Below the pieces are notes generated by a model, which saw only the letters and a program-made list of their open reading frames with translations, was not told where the DNA came from and searched no databases. From the NCBI GenBank assembly GCA_963778655.1, contig CAVZVA010000009.1, forward strand, positions 522,235-586,234: a stretch of 64,000 bases of DNA, written 5' to 3'. This stretch comes from an uncultured delta proteobacterium (lineage in GTDB: Bacteria; Myxococcota_A; Polyangia; Polyangiales; JAFGIB01). Positions within the stretch are counted from its first letter, which is position 1. The number at the start of each line of letters is the position of its first letter. Shown in pieces: positions 1 through 8,838 of this stretch. The position numbers and the translations under genes were made by a program.

Positions 1-212
1 CGGACCTGTGGTTGTTCCAGACGGTGGAAGGCCTCTGCTACGCGTTCCCCAAGGCGCTGGCGAAACGCCTGCCGAGGTACCCGCAGATTGCTCGCGCGCG
101 CGACGCGGTGCGCGCGCGCCCGCGGCTTGCGCGCTATATCGAGTCCGAACGTCGCATTCCGTTCAACCGGGACGGCCTGTTCCGGCACTACCCGGAGCTC
201 GACCTCGGCTGA
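1..212 (+). CDS. glutathione S-transferase, C-terminal fragment (5' end lies outside the window)
   Basis: The frame is open from the window edge to TGA at 210-212. The tail ...AFPKALAKRLPRYPQIARARDAVRARPRLARYIESERRIPFNRDGLFRHYPELDLG looks like a GST C-terminal domain end. Third codon positions are GC-rich. Confidence 0.6.
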   Translation, partial: DLWLFQTVEGLCYAFPKALAKRLPRYPQIARARDAVRARPRLARYIESERRIPFNRDGLFRHYPELDLG

Positions 213-243
213 GCGGGTGTCGCGCCGCGCCGGCGCTGCGCGC

Positions 244-1746
244 TCAGGGGTCGCAGTATGCGACGCGCGCCAGGCTGAGCTCGCGCTTGGCGGCGACCGC
301 GGGGACGTTCTTGGCGTCGAGCGCGAGCGGGGCGGAGTAGTCGCGCGCGGGGTCGGCCACGAACGCCCAGGCCAGGTCGCCGTCGGGCAGCACCGCGATG
401 TCGTCGGGGCCGTTGGGCACCGCGGGGATGGTCGCGTCGGGAGTCAGGAAGTTGCCGTCCGCGTCGATCAGACGCGCGTGGGTACCGGTGTAACGGCCAA
501 AGCAGGTGGTGGGGCTGCACTGCAGGTCTTCGATGCTCTCCCAGGAGACGAAGATGCGGTCGCTGCCGTAGCGCGCCAGGTGCAGGCTGGTCTCGGCGAC
601 GTCGGGGGTCTCCAGCAGCCAGATGCGATCGCCGAGCGGGTGGTAGTCGGCGCCCAGCCGGATCAGCGCGATGTCGGTCGCCATCTTGGCCGCGCGCGGG
701 CGCCCGCCGCCGCTGCCGCCCGTGCTCACGCCGCGCGAAAGCCAGCCGACCAGATAGCCTCCGTCGCTCAGCTTCACGACCGAGCCGAATCGACCCGCGC
801 AGTAGCCGGCGGTCGTCATCTCCGGCGCGAGCTGAAGCGCCGGCATGCCCTCGATCACCAGGTCGAGCCCCGCAAAGGGCTGGCCGTCCGATATGCACAA
901 CGAGGTGAACACGTCCGCCTCGGGCAGCAGCCGGATGCCCTCGTTGATGCTGCAGTTCCAGCCCCAGCCGCCCGGCAAGTACGCGCCGCTGTCATCCGCA
1001 TAGACCAGCTTGTCGGCGTAGTACGAGGCGTGCGGGTCGCCGGCGCAGCCGTGCACCGCGAAATACGCGCCGTACTTGTGGCCGTTCCAGGCGAGCCGCC
1101 CCAGCAGCTCGGTGGAGCAGTCGCGCGCGTCGGGGTCCGCGGCCTGGGTGATGCTGGTGGTGCCGGTCAGCGCTGCCGCGAAGGCCTCGCGGCCACCGCG
1201 GTAGCGCACCAGCACGGCGGCCTTGCCCACCACGCCCGGCGCCGCCGCCGGGTCGGAGAGTGGCTCGCCCGGGTCGTCGCGGCGCGTGAGCAGGGCGAAG
1301 CCGTCGGGCTGCGCGACCAGGCCGCCGACGTCGACGCCGTCGACCTGCACGTCGCTGCCGGCTCGCGCGAGGGACGCGTCGAGCGGGGTCACGTGCACGG
1401 CGCCGCCCGCGTTGTCGAGCCAGGCCACCTGCGCGCTGCCGTCCGGCGCGATCGCGAGCGCGATGCGCTCGTCGCCCGCAAAGCCGTCATAGCCCCAGCG
1501 CTTGTAGCGGATGCCGGCGTTCACGCCGACCCGGCTCACCGTGATCCGCTGCGCGAGCGTGCCCGCACAGCGGCTGGCCCCGGCGTCCGCGCCGGCATCG
1601 CGGCTGGCACCGGCGCCGCCGTCGCGCGCGGCCGGTGGCTCGCGCGCGGTCTGCGCGTAGCGCGTGCGCGAGCAGGCCGGCGCCGTGGCGGCCAGCGCCG
1701 CCAGCAGCGTCCAGCTCGTCACCCGGCATGCGCTTGCACGCGTCAT
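244..1746 (-). CDS. hypothetical secreted lipoprotein (about 500 aa)
   Basis: The internal ATG at 1746 gives MTRASACRVTSWTLLAALAATAPACS, a signal peptide plus lipobox-like Cys. The longer 607-aa ORF extension is Arg/Ala-rich junk. The start lies 3 nt after the stop of the upstream gene (1749). I recognised no family. Confidence 0.6.
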   Translation of the reverse strand: MTRASACRVTSWTLLAALAATAPACSRTRYAQTAREPPAARDGGAGASRDAGADAGASRCAGTLAQRITVSRVGVNAGIRYKRWGYDGFAGDERIALAIAPDGSAQVAWLDNAGGAVHVTPLDASLARAGSDVQVDGVDVGGLVAQPDGFALLTRRDDPGEPLSDPAAAPGVVGKAAVLVRYRGGREAFAAALTGTTSITQAADPDARDCSTELLGRLAWNGHKYGAYFAVHGCAGDPHASYYADKLVYADDSGAYLPGGWGWNCSINEGIRLLPEADVFTSLCISDGQPFAGLDLVIEGMPALQLAPEMTTAGYCAGRFGSVVKLSDGGYLVGWLSRGVSTGGSGGGRPRAAKMATDIALIRLGADYHPLGDRIWLLETPDVAETSLHLARYGSDRIFVSWESIEDLQCSPTTCFGRYTGTHARLIDADGNFLTPDATIPAVPNGPDDIAVLPDGDLAWAFVADPARDYSAPLALDAKNVPAVAAKRELSLARVAYCDP

Positions 1747-1748
1747 GG

Positions 1749-2783
1749 CTACAACCCGACCGCCACGCCGGTGGAGAGCTGCCAGATCGCGAGCGCGAGC
1801 CGCGCCTGGTCGCGGCCCACCGCCACGCCCAGCCGCGGCGCCGGCAATAGCGCGCGCAGCGATGCGCAGAGCGACAGCCGCGTCAGCAGCCGCAGCTCGG
1901 CGTGGAGCCCGAGCCCGAGCAGCGCGGCCCACACCTGCCCGCTCTGTGCGATCAGCGGCTGCTCGGGCTGGCCCTGCGCTTGCAGGAATGCCGCCCCGAA
2001 CGCGAGCGCGGGCGCGACGCGCAAGCGCCCGGCGCGCAGCACAGGCGCGCGCGCTTCCACGAAGCACAGCTCCTCGCGCACCGATGCTCGGCCGCTCGCG
2101 GTGTCCAGCTCTTGCCCCAGCAGCGTGCCGTGCGCGAGCAGGCCGAGCTCCAGCGCAGCGAGCGGTCGGTACGCCACCCCCAGCATGGGCCCGAGTCCCA
2201 GCCCGAAGCGGCTGCCGGCGGCGAGCAGCGCCGCCTCCGCGGCCAGCGACCAGCGCGGCTCCGCGGGCGCGGCCAGCTCGATCGCGGCTTCGGGTGCGGG
2301 CTGCGGCTCGGCGCCGACCACGTCCTGGGGCGGCTTGTCGCCGGGCGCCAGCTCCTGCAGGCTGGCGCGCAGCAGGTCGACCGCGCGCACCGCGATCAGG
2401 CTAGCGGCGTCGCGGCTGTGGCTCACGTCCAAGCTGCGCATGCTGACCTTACCGGTGACGCGGTCGAGCAGCCACACGTCGAGCACGGCAGAGCCGTCGC
2501 GCTGGACGAAGGCGATGCTGGCGAATGCGCGCTGCTCGCGCGCGATCGCCTCGAGCGCGGACGCCGGATTGGGGCCCAGCTCCGCGTCCACCACCACGGT
2601 GTCGAAGTGGTGGATGCGCAGCTCGGCCCCGAGCCGATTGAAAGCGTCGGTGAGCTCGGGGTCGCGCGCCTGGGGCCGCACCAGCACCACCGGTTGTGCC
2701 AGTGCCTGGCGCGCGATCGCGCAGCCCAGCAGCACCACGGTCGCGGCGAGCCGCACGCGGCTCACCGCGCTCGCCGGCGGCAA
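1749..2783 (-). CDS. hypothetical secreted protein, possible outer-membrane beta-barrel
   Basis: The N-terminus MPPASAVSRVRLAATVVLLGCAIARQALAQP is a signal peptide. The C-terminal half is Gly/Ala/Leu-rich with alternating short strands (…GLGLGPMLGVAYRPLAALELGLLAHG…). It abuts the downstream lipoprotein gene, so they look like an operon. Confidence 0.55.
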   Translation of the reverse strand: MPPASAVSRVRLAATVVLLGCAIARQALAQPVVLVRPQARDPELTDAFNRLGAELRIHHFDTVVVDAELGPNPASALEAIAREQRAFASIAFVQRDGSAVLDVWLLDRVTGKVSMRSLDVSHSRDAASLIAVRAVDLLRASLQELAPGDKPPQDVVGAEPQPAPEAAIELAAPAEPRWSLAAEAALLAAGSRFGLGLGPMLGVAYRPLAALELGLLAHGTLLGQELDTASGRASVREELCFVEARAPVLRAGRLRVAPALAFGAAFLQAQGQPEQPLIAQSGQVWAALLGLGLHAELRLLTRLSLCASLRALLPAPRLGVAVGRDQARLALAIWQLSTGVAVGL

Positions 2784-2909
2784 TCGCGCCCGCGGGCGCG
2801 GCGGGCGCGCGGGCCCCGCCCGCGCGGGGGCGCGGCGGCCACGCCGCAGGAGCGCGGCGCGCGGACAGCGCGCGCGATGGGGTCGCCTGGTCGCGGCATG
2901 CTCCGCGGC

Positions 2910-4268
2910 TCAGTGTAGACCAAGCAGGTGCCGGGCTGCTTCGGCATGCACGCCTGCGGGATAGCGCTGCAGATACTGGCGCGCCAGGGGTCGGGCCGCC
3001 GCGTTGTCCCCCAGGCTGATTGCGGCGCGCATGCGACCCGCGAGCGAGTCCGCGGCCAGCTCTCCGTCGGGGGCTTCGTCGAGGTAGACGCGATACCAGC
3101 GATCGGCCTCGCGGGGCCGGCCTGCGGATTCCTCGGTGCGGCCGAGCAGAAAGGCCGCGGCCGCGCTGTGCCGGGTGCCGGCAAAGCGCGCGCGTAGCGC
3201 GAGCAAGGCGCGCTCGGCCACCTGCGTGTGATCGGTGTAGCGGGCCGCGTCCGCCAGCGCCCGCGCGCTCTGCGCGCCGCACGAGGCGAGGCTCTCCTCC
3301 ACCCCGCGCGCAAGCGCGGCCTCGACCACGGCCTGAAACTCCCCCCGCCGCACCAGCTCCGGCCACTGCTCGGGCCCAGCCGGCTTCGCGCTTCGCGCGC
3401 GCTCGTCCGCGCCCGCCCGCGCGATCCCGCCGCCCTTGCCCTCCAAGTCCCGCGCGCCCCCACCGGCAGCGGTAGCCGTGGTCGCAGCCGCAGTCGTGGT
3501 TGTGGTCGCAGGTGTGGTCGTGCTCGTGGTCGTAGGCGTCCCGGTGCTCGTCCCCGTCCCCGTCGGCGTGGTCGTCCCCGACTGCCCGCGCGCCTCCGTC
3601 CTGGCGGCCTCGAGCTTGAGCGTCGACTGGCGGACCGACGCACGGAAGCGCTGTCCGGCGCGCACCGTCAGATGGTCCGGGCCGACCGGGCTCTCGACCT
3701 CCACCGAGCCCTCCTGCAGCGTGAGGTCGATCGCTTCGGCCGCCGGATCCCAGCTGATGGTGAAGCGCGTGCCCGTCACGCGCACCTCGAACGGACCCGC
3801 GATCAAGAGCCACTCGGCCCCCGGCCGGTGCACCACGTGCGCAGCGGCAGTGCCGCGCTCGACCAGCAGGCGCGCGCCGTTGCTGCGCACCGCGTCGATG
3901 CGCAGGCGTGCGCTCGGCTGCGCGTCGAATTCCGAGCCGTCGGAGAAGCGCAACGTGGCCGGCGCGTCGGGCGGCGCGTCGAGGTAGCGCGCGGCGACCT
4001 CTCCGCCATCGATCCGGTAACGCAGCGGCTGCTGGCGCAGCACCAGCGCGCTCCACAGGCCGAGCGCGAGCGCGGCTGCGACCGCGGCGGCACCGATCAG
4101 CGCGGGCGCGAGCTTCCCCCGCGCGGCCTCGCGCGCGGGCGGCGTCGCATCGATCACCCGCTGGCGGCCCGCCGCGTGCAGCGCGGGATCGACCGGTGCG
4201 CAGGCCGCCCTGCGCGCCAGCTCGAGCAGCGGCGCCATCCCGTCGGGGTCGTGCTCGCCGTCACGCAT
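2910..4268 (-). CDS. FecR-family anti-sigma factor with Thr/Pro-rich linker and C-terminal TPR-like domain
   Basis: It has a short cytoplasmic N-terminus and one TM helix (LAPALIGAAAVAAALALGLWSALVL). A FecR-like beta region follows (LRFSDGSEFDAQPSARLRI…GTRFTISW). Next is a TTTPTGTGTSTGTPTTTSTTTPATTTTT linker and a helical repeat C-terminus. It overlaps the ECF sigma stop by 8 nt. Confidence 0.8.
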   Translation of the reverse strand: MRDGEHDPDGMAPLLELARRAACAPVDPALHAAGRQRVIDATPPAREAARGKLAPALIGAAAVAAALALGLWSALVLRQQPLRYRIDGGEVAARYLDAPPDAPATLRFSDGSEFDAQPSARLRIDAVRSNGARLLVERGTAAAHVVHRPGAEWLLIAGPFEVRVTGTRFTISWDPAAEAIDLTLQEGSVEVESPVGPDHLTVRAGQRFRASVRQSTLKLEAARTEARGQSGTTTPTGTGTSTGTPTTTSTTTPATTTTTAAATTATAAGGGARDLEGKGGGIARAGADERARSAKPAGPEQWPELVRRGEFQAVVEAALARGVEESLASCGAQSARALADAARYTDHTQVAERALLALRARFAGTRHSAAAAFLLGRTEESAGRPREADRWYRVYLDEAPDGELAADSLAGRMRAAISLGDNAAARPLARQYLQRYPAGVHAEAARHLLGLH

Positions 4269-4902
4269 GGTCGTCGCGCTCCAAAGGGTGCACGTACGCG
4301 CTCAGCGCCGGCTCGTCCCGCCGTGCGCGCTCGAGGATTTCGCGGCGCGCGCGCGCGACCTCGCGCTTGATGGTGGATTCCGAGACCTCGAGGATCCGCG
4401 CGCTCTCGGTGACCTCGAAGCCCTGGACGTGACGCAGCACGAAGGCCAGCCGGCGCCGCGGTGGCATGCGGTCGAGCACGCGGTAGAGCGCGCGCAGCGC
4501 TTCGGCACCCTCGACATCGTCGGCGGCGACGCGGCCTTCGGGCACCTGATCGTCGGGCGCGAGCGTGACCCAGCGGCGCACCCGGCGGCGGCGCAGCTCG
4601 ACCAGGATCAGGCGCCTCGCGATCGCGACCAGGTAGGGCCGCAACGCTTCCCCCGAGCGCAGCGCGCCGGCCCGGCGCACGAACGCGACGAACACCTCCT
4701 GCAGCAGATCCTCGATCGCGGCGTCGATCCCGAAGCCGGCGCGCAACACGCTGCGAACCAGCGCGGAGTAGCGGTCCCAGACCACGCCCACGGCCTGGGC
4801 CTGGCCCTGGGCAATGGCGTGCACGAGCTCCGCGTCGCTGAGCCGATCGCGGGGGAACGGGGAGACCGAGGTTTTCGCTCGCTTGAGGGGAGAGGGACCC
4901 AT
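4261..4902 (-). CDS. ECF (sigma-70 family) RNA polymerase sigma factor
   Basis: A region 2-like segment (DLLQEVFVAFVRRAGALRSGEALRPYLVAIARRLILVELRRRR) and a region 4 HTH (RRRLAFVLRHVQGFEVTESARILEVSESTIKREVARARREI) are present. The gene is coupled to the downstream FecR gene. Confidence 0.9.
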   Translation of the reverse strand: MGPSPLKRAKTSVSPFPRDRLSDAELVHAIAQGQAQAVGVVWDRYSALVRSVLRAGFGIDAAIEDLLQEVFVAFVRRAGALRSGEALRPYLVAIARRLILVELRRRRVRRWVTLAPDDQVPEGRVAADDVEGAEALRALYRVLDRMPPRRRLAFVLRHVQGFEVTESARILEVSESTIKREVARARREILERARRDEPALSAYVHPLERDDHA

Positions 4903-5279
4903 CGCGCAATTTGCAGTTGTTCGAGCCGCCCGAGGCGGCTCACAAAAAGGGTAGACCTACATGGGCGTCGATGGCGCCGAAAGAGCGCGGCGGTCGATTG
5001 CGCGGGGGATCGGGTACTAATTTCGGTACTGCCGGTGGCTGCCGGACCAAATGACCGATCGGGATGGCCGTTCCCGAATCGTGATCGGTCATCTAGGGGG
5101 TGTCCCTGATTCCGGTGCCGCAGCGAGCCCAAAAGGCGCGAGCGATATCGGCGCGCACGTAGCGCGAGCAGCACAGGCGCATTTGAGGTACGGCGCAGGG
5201 GAGCTCGAGCCCACCAAGCCAATCCGCGGTACCCGGTGGCCGGCCGGGTCCGAGATGCGGCGGTGGCGGCGACTCAGAC

Positions 5280-6608
5280 TCAGATGCCGTGCGCGTTGGG
5301 ATCGGTGAGCGGGCTCGGCGCGTCGGGGTGGAGCACCGCGTGCGAGTCGCTCGCGGCCGCGATGTAGATCCCGCGGGCCATCAGCGCGCTCTCGGCCTGA
5401 GCGCGCTGGCGGTAGATCTCGTAGCGCGCCGCGTGCGCGTCGCGGTCCTCGGGCGCGGCCTGAACGGCGAGCTCGACCAGCTCGCAGGCCAGGCGCAGCT
5501 CGCCGCTCGCCAGCAGCTCGCGTGCGCGCCGTGCCAGCGCCGCCGCGCCGCCGCCCAGCGCCGCGAGCTCGCGCGCGAGCGCCGCCTGCGACGCGGGCTT
5601 GAGCCGCGCGGGATTGCCGTCGTGCCAGCCGCCGTAGAGCCGCCACACGTTGCGCACCACGAACTCCGGATCGTCGTAGACCGGCTTCAGGTAGGGTTTG
5701 TCGAGCAGCGCCTGCTCCACGCGTACTTCGTGCAGGATCGCATCGAGCGTCGCACCCTGGTTCATGCGCTGCAGGGTGCGCTCGACCAGCTGCTCGAGCG
5801 CCTGTGCCACGTCGGAAAGCGCGCGCGCGATGCGCTCGCGGCCGGCGATCGGCAGCCCGTGGGCGGGCACCAGCAACTCGGGCTGCTGCGCGATCATGCG
5901 CCGCAGCGCGCCGGCCCACTCCAGTGGATAGCGTTGCACCTTCTGCGGGTTGCCCGCGTTGGGGAAGGCCCAGATGAAGAAGTCCCCGCAGCAGATCGCC
6001 TTGTGCTGCGGCAGCCATGCCCACAGGTGGTCATCGGTCTCGCCGCGCGCGTGGTACAGCTCGATGCGCTCGCCGCCCACCTCGATCGCCAGCGCGTCGT
6101 CGAGCGTCAGGCTAGGCGCAGGCGTGCCCGAAGGCAGGAAGCTCTCTGGCGCGGCGTCCTGCGTGCCACCGAACTGGCGCTGGTTGATCAGCAGGTTGTA
6201 GCCGTTGGTGCGATCGTAGCGGGCAAAGCGCGCCGCCACATTGCGGTGACCGATCACACGTGGCAAGGGGTGCCCGCGCTGCGCGCCGTCCGCGAGCAGC
6301 GCGACCGCGCCGCCCACGTGGTCGACGTGACCGTGCGTGTAGACCACGCTGTGTACCGGCTGCTCGCTAAAGCGGCGCAGCGAGCGCACTACCTCGGCGC
6401 CCGTGAACTTGCCGCTGGTGTCGAACAGCACCAGGCCCTCGCCGGTCTGCAGGCACACCACGTTGGAGAACGATTCGATCAGCGACAGCCCGTCTGTTAG
6501 CTCGCTGAGTTGTTGCGTGATGCGGAACGGCGACGCCAGCAGCGTCCCCTGATCGATGATCGCGGCGGATAGCTCGAGGATGTCGGTCACTTCGCGGTCA
6601 TAGCGCAA
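5280..6608 (-). CDS. MBL-fold metallo-hydrolase, alkyl/aryl-sulfatase-like (MBL plus dimerisation domain, no SCP2 tail)
   Basis: It carries the metallo-beta-lactamase motif VVYTHGHVDHVGG, and the downstream H/D ligands fit (HARGETDDHLWAWLP). The helical C-terminus resembles the alkyl sulfatase dimerisation domain. Confidence 0.8.
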   Translation of the reverse strand: MRYDREVTDILELSAAIIDQGTLLASPFRITQQLSELTDGLSLIESFSNVVCLQTGEGLVLFDTSGKFTGAEVVRSLRRFSEQPVHSVVYTHGHVDHVGGAVALLADGAQRGHPLPRVIGHRNVAARFARYDRTNGYNLLINQRQFGGTQDAAPESFLPSGTPAPSLTLDDALAIEVGGERIELYHARGETDDHLWAWLPQHKAICCGDFFIWAFPNAGNPQKVQRYPLEWAGALRRMIAQQPELLVPAHGLPIAGRERIARALSDVAQALEQLVERTLQRMNQGATLDAILHEVRVEQALLDKPYLKPVYDDPEFVVRNVWRLYGGWHDGNPARLKPASQAALARELAALGGGAAALARRARELLASGELRLACELVELAVQAAPEDRDAHAARYEIYRQRAQAESALMARGIYIAAASDSHAVLHPDAPSPLTDPNAHGI

Positions 6609-6772
6609 ATCACCGGCGCTGCCGAGCGCGCCCGCGGCGCCGGGCGGGTCTCTCCGTCCGCGACCTGTGCGCGTCCGCCGTGCACTGCCGCCCGCTGCTC
6701 GCCCGCGCGCAACGTGGCAGTCGTTGGCAGCGCGGGCTTGCGAGGCTCGCGCCCGTGCGCACGTCTAACGGG

Positions 6773-7681
6773 ATGAAGGTCGGCATCGTCGGACTGGGCT
6801 GGGTCGGCTCGAGCGTCGCGATCTCGACGTTGCAGCTGGGCGTGGCCGGCGAGCTGTTGCTCGCGGACCACAAGCCCGGTCTGGCCGAGGGCGAGGCCAT
6901 GGACCTGGCGCAGGGCGCGTCGTTCTATCCGACGGCGCGGGTGCGTGCTGCGAGCCTGGCCGAGCTGACGTCGGCGGACGCGGTGGTGATCGCGGCCGGA
7001 CGGGGGGGTAAACCCGACGAGTCGCGCCTCGAGCTGCTGCGCGACAATGCGGCCACGGTCTCGAGCGTGGCTCGGTCGCTCGCAGGGCTGCGCGGAATCC
7101 TGGTGGTGGTGACCAACCCGGTCGACATCATGACGCAGATCGCGGTCGAAGCGTCCGGCTTGCCGCCGGGCCGGGTGATCGGCACCGGCACCATGCTGGA
7201 CACCGCGCGCCTGCGCCAGGTGCTGGCGCGAGAGCTCCGGCTCGAGCCGCGCTCGATCCACGCGCAGGTGGTCGGAGAGCACGGCGATTCCGAGGTCGTG
7301 CTGTGGTCGTCGGCCCAGGTCGGCGGCGTTCCAGTGCGCGATTGGCAGGGCTGGAGCCCGCAGCGCGAGCGTGCGATCGCCGAGGAAGTACGCCGCGCCG
7401 CCTACGAGATCATCGCTCGCAAAGGCGCGACCAACCATGCCATCGGGCTGGTGACTGCAGCCCTGCTGCGCTGGAGCTTGCGTGGCGAGCGCCGTGTGCT
7501 GACGATCTCGCGGCTGCAGGAAGGCGCCTTCGGCTTGCACGGCGTGGCGCTCTCGCTGCCCGCGATCGTGGGCGCGCAGGGCGTCGAGCAGGTGCTCGAG
7601 CCCAGGCTGAGCGCGGACGAGCGCGAGGCCTTGCTACGCTCCGCCGAGGTGCTGCGACAGGCGCGCGCGGCCATGGCTTGA
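6773..7681 (+). CDS. ldh: L-lactate dehydrogenase (NAD-dependent)
   Basis: Starting at ATG 6773 gives MKVGIVGLGWVGSSVA, a Rossmann GxGxxG. Also present are GTGTMLDTARLRQVLA and VVGEHGDSEVVLWS, the catalytic His region of LDH/MDH. The upstream ORF extension (6680) has no support. Confidence 0.9.
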   Translation: MKVGIVGLGWVGSSVAISTLQLGVAGELLLADHKPGLAEGEAMDLAQGASFYPTARVRAASLAELTSADAVVIAAGRGGKPDESRLELLRDNAATVSSVARSLAGLRGILVVVTNPVDIMTQIAVEASGLPPGRVIGTGTMLDTARLRQVLARELRLEPRSIHAQVVGEHGDSEVVLWSSAQVGGVPVRDWQGWSPQRERAIAEEVRRAAYEIIARKGATNHAIGLVTAALLRWSLRGERRVLTISRLQEGAFGLHGVALSLPAIVGAQGVEQVLEPRLSADEREALLRSAEVLRQARAAMA

Positions 7682-7779
7682 GCCGTCCCCGTCGCGCTGG
7701 CGCGCAGGAGGCGCGCTTGCAAGGCTCGCGCCGGCGCGTACTTGAGGCTCGACGTATTGCCGCTCAGGGCGCGAGGTGC

Positions 7780-8820
7780 ATGATGAAAGCCTTTCAATTG
7801 ACCGGCTGGCAAAAGACGCCGGAGCTGCGCGACGTCGCCGAGCCGCGCCCCGGGTCGGGTGAGGTGCTGCTGCGCGTCACCGCGGCCGGTGCCTGCCATT
7901 CGGATCTGCACCTGATGGACTGGCCGGCGGGCATGCTGCCGTGGAAGCTGCCGTTCACGCTCGGACACGAGACCGTGGGCATCGTCGAGGAGCTGGGGCC
8001 GGGGGTCGAGGGAATCGCAAAGGGCATGGCGTACGCGGTGTACGGGCCATGGGGCTGCGGCAGCTGCCGTCCGTGCCGCCTCGGGCGCGAGAACTACTGC
8101 GACCACGCCGCGGAGCTGGGGGCGGCCGGTGCCGGGCTCGGGCGCAACGGCGGGATGGCCGAGTACATGCTGGTTCCCTCCGCGCGCTGGCTCGTGCCCA
8201 TCGGCGGCCTCGACCCGGTGCAGGCGGCACCGCTGGGGGACGCCGCGCTGACGCCCTACCACGCCATCAAGCGCGCCCTGCCGCGCATCGAGCCCGGCGC
8301 CGCCATCGTGGTCATCGGCGTCGGAGGCCTCGGACACATGGCGCTGCAGTTGCTGAACGCGCTCACCGCCGCGCGCGTCATCGCAGTGGACACCGCCGAG
8401 GACAAGCTCGAGCTCGCCCGCACGCTCGGCGCGCACGCCACGCTCAAGCCCTCGGGCAACGCCGGCGCGGCGTTGCGCGAGCTGACCGGCGGCCGGGGCG
8501 CCGCGCTGGTGCTCGACTGCGTCGGCAGCGAGGCGACGCTCGCGTTCGGCGCGCAGGCGTTGCGCGCGGAGGGGCAGCTCACCGTGATCGGGCTTGCGAT
8601 GGGCACGCTGCCGCTCAACTTCTTCGCCGTGCCGTACGGCGCGTCGGTGTCGACCAGCTACTGGGGCACGCTCCCGGAGCTGATGGAGGTGCTGAGCCTG
8701 GCCGAAGCCGGCGCGATTCGCGTGCACACCGAATCCTTTCCGCTGGACGAGGCGCTCGCGACCTACGGGCGGCTGCGCTCCGGCCAGATCAGCGGCCGCG
8801 CCGTGATCGTTCCGCGCTGA
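7780..8820 (+). CDS. zinc-dependent NAD(P) alcohol dehydrogenase
   Basis: It starts MMKAFQLTGW… and has the catalytic Zn site GACHSDLHLMDW. The structural Zn cluster is GCGSCRPCRLGRENYC and the Rossmann motif is VIGVGGLGHMA. The 505-aa ORF N-terminal extension overlaps ldh and is rejected. Confidence 0.9.
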   Translation: MMKAFQLTGWQKTPELRDVAEPRPGSGEVLLRVTAAGACHSDLHLMDWPAGMLPWKLPFTLGHETVGIVEELGPGVEGIAKGMAYAVYGPWGCGSCRPCRLGRENYCDHAAELGAAGAGLGRNGGMAEYMLVPSARWLVPIGGLDPVQAAPLGDAALTPYHAIKRALPRIEPGAAIVVIGVGGLGHMALQLLNALTAARVIAVDTAEDKLELARTLGAHATLKPSGNAGAALRELTGGRGAALVLDCVGSEATLAFGAQALRAEGQLTVIGLAMGTLPLNFFAVPYGASVSTSYWGTLPELMEVLSLAEAGAIRVHTESFPLDEALATYGRLRSGQISGRAVIVPR

Positions 8821-8838
8821 GCGCGCGGCTACGAGTCG

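Noticed and set aside
88-2964. Very long ORFs in the track. Examples are 88-2964 (958 aa), 10495-13059 (854 aa), 19704-21935 (743 aa), 23622-25475 (617 aa), 47406-49388 (660 aa), 53213-54724, 56765-58294 and 8930-10639.
   Set aside because: They run antisense or out-of-frame to genes with clear family motifs. They are dominated by Arg/Ala/Gly/Pro low-complexity sequence and contain no recognisable motifs. Such shadow ORFs are expected in DNA above 70% GC because stop codons are rare.
5051-5093. A hairpin ATGACCGATC…GATCGGTCAT at 5051-5093. It shares a 15-nt exact match (ACCGATCACGATTCG, reverse-complemented) with another intergenic hairpin at 34687-34735. This could suggest a REP/MITE-like element.
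   Set aside because: Several exact 15-mer matches are expected by chance in 64 kb of biased composition. A related 12-mer also occurs inside the MBL coding sequence (6247-6260, codons for VIGH). With only two copies the evidence is too weak, but it is worth a genome-wide motif count.
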